Made by a program: the position numbers and the translations under genes
The notes under the pieces: model-generated
Told to the model about the DNA's origin: nothing
The model's database searches: none
Seen by the model: only the letters and a program-made list of their open reading frames with translations
Shown here: one piece after another, positions 61,375 through 64,000 of the stretch
Position numbering within the stretch: the stretch's first letter is position 1
How the letters are laid out: the number at the start of each line of letters is the position of its first letter
From: a bacterium
GTDB lineage: Bacteria > Electryoneota > RPQS01
Reading direction: 5' to 3'
Assembly: GCA_013360195.1 (NCBI GenBank)
Contig: JABWCQ010000004.1
Span: 43,836-107,835 of the forward strand
Length of the DNA: 64,000 bases

Positions 61375-63709
61375 AGTCAACGAGAACTCATCGAAGCCAA
61401 TTGAACGCTCGTCCACTCCAATCGTGGCGGGCATTTTGTTGTTGGGATTTGCCGTGCTCGTCATTGCCGCATTAGCATCACATTCGAGAAGCGACTTCCC
61501 GTATCAGGACTTTGGCCCAAGGGCGGAAAATGCGGTCGGAAGATTCGGAGAGTTCATTTCTGCTGTGCTTGGTCCGATGTTCATGGGCCAGTGGCCGTCC
61601 ATGACTTTAGCGATGATAGCCGGAATATGGGGCTGGACATTCGTCCGACGTCATTCTCGCCGCAGCGCATTAGTGCTCACGATTTGGATATTGGCGCTCG
61701 GACTTTGGACATCCGCAACGATTGGTGTTTTGGGGGATCTCATACATGGAGACAATGTCGCCAATTACTACACGCATTCAGGAGAATTTGGACACTGGGC
61801 AGCTCAAGAATTGAAAGAGCTTACGGGAAGATTCGGCGCAGTACTCATCATGTGCGTGCTCATGCTCGTCGGATTGTCTATGACGGTCGCAGGTTTCAGT
61901 GAGTGGATTGAACGGAGAGCCGCACAAACGGCGAATTTGGCGGGAAGAGCGCGAAACCTTCCCTTGCCGTCGTTCGTACCGGCGTGGCGGTTGATGCGGG
62001 AGTGGCTTTCTACTCGTCGATCAAAGTCGGATTCAATTCCGGAGATAAACATCGATTTCGCCACGCAAGCCACAGCAGATACGGTATCAGAGCAAATCCA
62101 ACAGGGAGCAGCAGGTAACGGTGCCCCCGGCAAGGTCATCCATAACCTGGGAGACGGAATCGACCCTGTCACAGGCGCAAGGCTCACGTCCTCAAAGAGG
62201 CCTGAACAGATTACGATGCCCGTTGATGACGAAACAGGTTACGTCTTTCCATCGGCAGATTGCTTTAACGCCCCGCCTCCAGATCGAATAGGCGGAATGC
62301 AGCAAGACGAGCAGCAGCATAATGCGGCTCTTCTCGAGAAGAGTCTGGAGACATTTGGCGTGAAGGCAACAGTTACTCAAGTGAATCCAGGCCCAGTCAT
62401 TACACAGTTCGAACTTGCCCCTGCACCAGGCGTGAAAGTGTCGCGAATTGAGGCGCTTGCGGATGACATCGCCCTCGCACTTCGCGCGCGAGGACTGCGT
62501 ATCCTTGCACCGATTCCAGGCAAGGCGGCGGTCGGTGTTGAAATCGCAAACCCAAAACCGGCGTTGGTTACTTTCCGTGAAGTTGTTGAGTCGTCACAGT
62601 TTCAGTCAGCAAAGTCCAAACTCACCATTGCACTTGGAAGAACCGTTAACGGTGAGATACTGACTGCAGACTTAGGATCATTGCCGCACCTACTTATCGC
62701 CGGGACCACAGGATCGGGCAAGTCCGTTTGCGTAAATGCAATTATAACGTCAATACTCCTTCGTGCAACACCAGAAGAAGTTCAGTTCGTAATGGTGGAC
62801 CCCAAAAAACTCGAGCTTGCCGCATATAACGAATTGCGGATCCACCATCTAACGCACCGTCCTGACTTGAGCGAGCATGTGATTACCAAGCCTGATGAAG
62901 CAGTAAAGGTACTTCGAAGCTGTCTCGTTGAGATGGAGCACCGTTACGATCTGCTCGCTGAGCGAGGCGCCAGGCAGTTATCAGAGTACAACGAAATGGT
63001 CAAGGATTCGCCGAGAGAAGGCGAACGACCGATGCCGTATATTGTGGTTATCATCGATGAGCTTGCCGACTTGATGGTGACTGCACAACGTGAAGTGGAA
63101 GAGCCGATAGCACGATTGGCACAGTTGGCGCGAGCTGTGGGAATCCACATGGTTGTGGCGACTCAACGACCTTCTGTTGACGTCATTACAGGTGTAATCA
63201 AAGCAAATTTCCCTGCTAGAATTGCGTTTCGTGTCGCCATGAAAGTGGACTCAAGAACGATTCTTGATACTAATGGAGCTGAAATGTTGCTGGGTCAAGG
63301 TGACATGCTATTCCAGCATCCCGAAGAACCTGCGCCGCAGCGTGTACAGGGCGCTCTCTTGACGTCGAGCGAAATCGCCCGAGTAATCACACACATTAGA
63401 CGACAGCCTGCACCTAAGAACAAATTGGTGCTGCCGTTGGATCCGCAGGACGAACGTGAAGGTGGCGGAGCGGCAGATGGGATGCAGGAAGGACGCGATC
63501 CCTTGTTCCTCGAAGCGGCAAAAATTGTCGTACGAACCGGCCAAGGCAGTGTTTCAATTCTTCAGCGAAGGTTGAAAGTTGGTTACAGCAGAGCTGCAAG
63601 ATTGATAGATCAGCTTGAAAGGGCGGGCATAGTTGGACCATTCGACGGGTCGAAAGCCCGGGCAGTACTTGCTGATGAACAGACTTTAATGGACCTTGAG
63701 CAGCATTAA
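61361..63709 (+). CDS. ftsK: DNA translocase FtsK
   Basis: 4-TM N-domain, GPVIT, PHLLIAGTTGSGKSV, IDELADLM, ATQRPSVDVITG, gamma domain LQRRLKVGYSRAARL. Confidence 0.96.
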   Translation: MAVRKVNENSSKPIERSSTPIVAGILLLGFAVLVIAALASHSRSDFPYQDFGPRAENAVGRFGEFISAVLGPMFMGQWPSMTLAMIAGIWGWTFVRRHSRRSALVLTIWILALGLWTSATIGVLGDLIHGDNVANYYTHSGEFGHWAAQELKELTGRFGAVLIMCVLMLVGLSMTVAGFSEWIERRAAQTANLAGRARNLPLPSFVPAWRLMREWLSTRRSKSDSIPEINIDFATQATADTVSEQIQQGAAGNGAPGKVIHNLGDGIDPVTGARLTSSKRPEQITMPVDDETGYVFPSADCFNAPPPDRIGGMQQDEQQHNAALLEKSLETFGVKATVTQVNPGPVITQFELAPAPGVKVSRIEALADDIALALRARGLRILAPIPGKAAVGVEIANPKPALVTFREVVESSQFQSAKSKLTIALGRTVNGEILTADLGSLPHLLIAGTTGSGKSVCVNAIITSILLRATPEEVQFVMVDPKKLELAAYNELRIHHLTHRPDLSEHVITKPDEAVKVLRSCLVEMEHRYDLLAERGARQLSEYNEMVKDSPREGERPMPYIVVIIDELADLMVTAQREVEEPIARLAQLARAVGIHMVVATQRPSVDVITGVIKANFPARIAFRVAMKVDSRTILDTNGAEMLLGQGDMLFQHPEEPAPQRVQGALLTSSEIARVITHIRRQPAPKNKLVLPLDPQDEREGGGAADGMQEGRDPLFLEAAKIVVRTGQGSVSILQRRLKVGYSRAARLIDQLERAGIVGPFDGSKARAVLADEQTLMDLEQH

Positions 63710-64000
63710 GAAAGTTCTAGTGACACTTCTGCATTTGCAGGCAGCATTTGCAAATGGCCTGGCAGACGAGTTTTACGCTTCGGTGGAACAACATTTGCGT
63801 TCTTTGCCGTCACTGGAAATCGGCTACTTGGCAACAGGCAGTAGTTTTCCTTCGGAAGGTCTGGCTGGAAGGCTTGCGTTGCAAAGGCCAAGTGCGTTTT
63901 ATCACGATACTCCTGAATGGACCCATTGTGAAACTTCAAATCTGCAATGGCGACTATTGAAGGAGCAGCAGACGCTCTTGCTTGAGGATCCGCAGCCTCG
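63696..64000 (+). CDS. LolA-like outer-membrane lipoprotein carrier, 5' part (runs off the window)
   Basis: Open frame from TTG 63696 to the end: signal-like start, GRLALQRPSAFYHDT...QWRLLKEQQTLLLED; classic position after ftsK; not in the ORF track. Confidence 0.6.
   Translation, partial: MSSIKKVLVTLLHLQAAFANGLADEFYASVEQHLRSLPSLEIGYLATGSSFPSEGLAGRLALQRPSAFYHDTPEWTHCETSNLQWRLLKEQQTLLLEDPQP

Overview
Bacterial chromosomal window, gene-dense and mostly on the + strand. The gene content suggests a diderm FCB-superphylum-like lineage (GldA/F/G-like ABC system, a secreted protein with a 'QNYPNPFNP' C-terminal sorting tail, a TPR-ExbB-ExbD-ExbD-TonB-PstS cluster, kdsA/B); this is inference only. 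Layout: (1) 1-11.4 kb: GAF/sigma-54 activator, Ser/Thr kinase, Gld-like ABC system and a heterodimeric ABC exporter. (2) 11.4-20.3 kb: housekeeping run (gatC, kdsB, pyrG, isocitrate-DH family, kdsA, folB, folK, deoxynucleoside kinase, ridA, proline dehydrogenase) ending in an orphan DNA methyltransferase. (3) 20.4-24.7 kb: minus-strand tdh-APC transporter-kbl operon. (4) 24.9-27.4 kb: variable region with a catalytically eroded IS1-like Zn-finger/HTH gene, tRNA-Pro(TGG), a truncated secreted-protein remnant and an orphan secreted protein. (5) 27.4-45.3 kb: complete, atypical type IV pilus locus: pilA, pilT, three minor pilins that all lack Glu+5, pilMNO, a PilP-position gene, a short secretin, a Wza/SLBB polysaccharide-export protein, an 898-aa Ig-repeat lipoprotein, pilB, pilC, pilD. 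Its spacers carry strand-specific G.U-rich RNA rods, and a 13-bp inverted repeat links the RBS of the pilX-like gene to its 3' flank. (6) 45.4-64 kb: secreted protein, obgE, dprA, GlmU-like protein, S41 protease, TPR-ExbB-ExbD2-TonB2-PstS-like cluster, gcvT, comB, ftsK and partial lolA. The best candidate for an undescribed system is the pilus locus with its embedded OPX and Ig lipoprotein and its structured RNA elements. All calls are from manual motif reading; no searches or folding programs were run.
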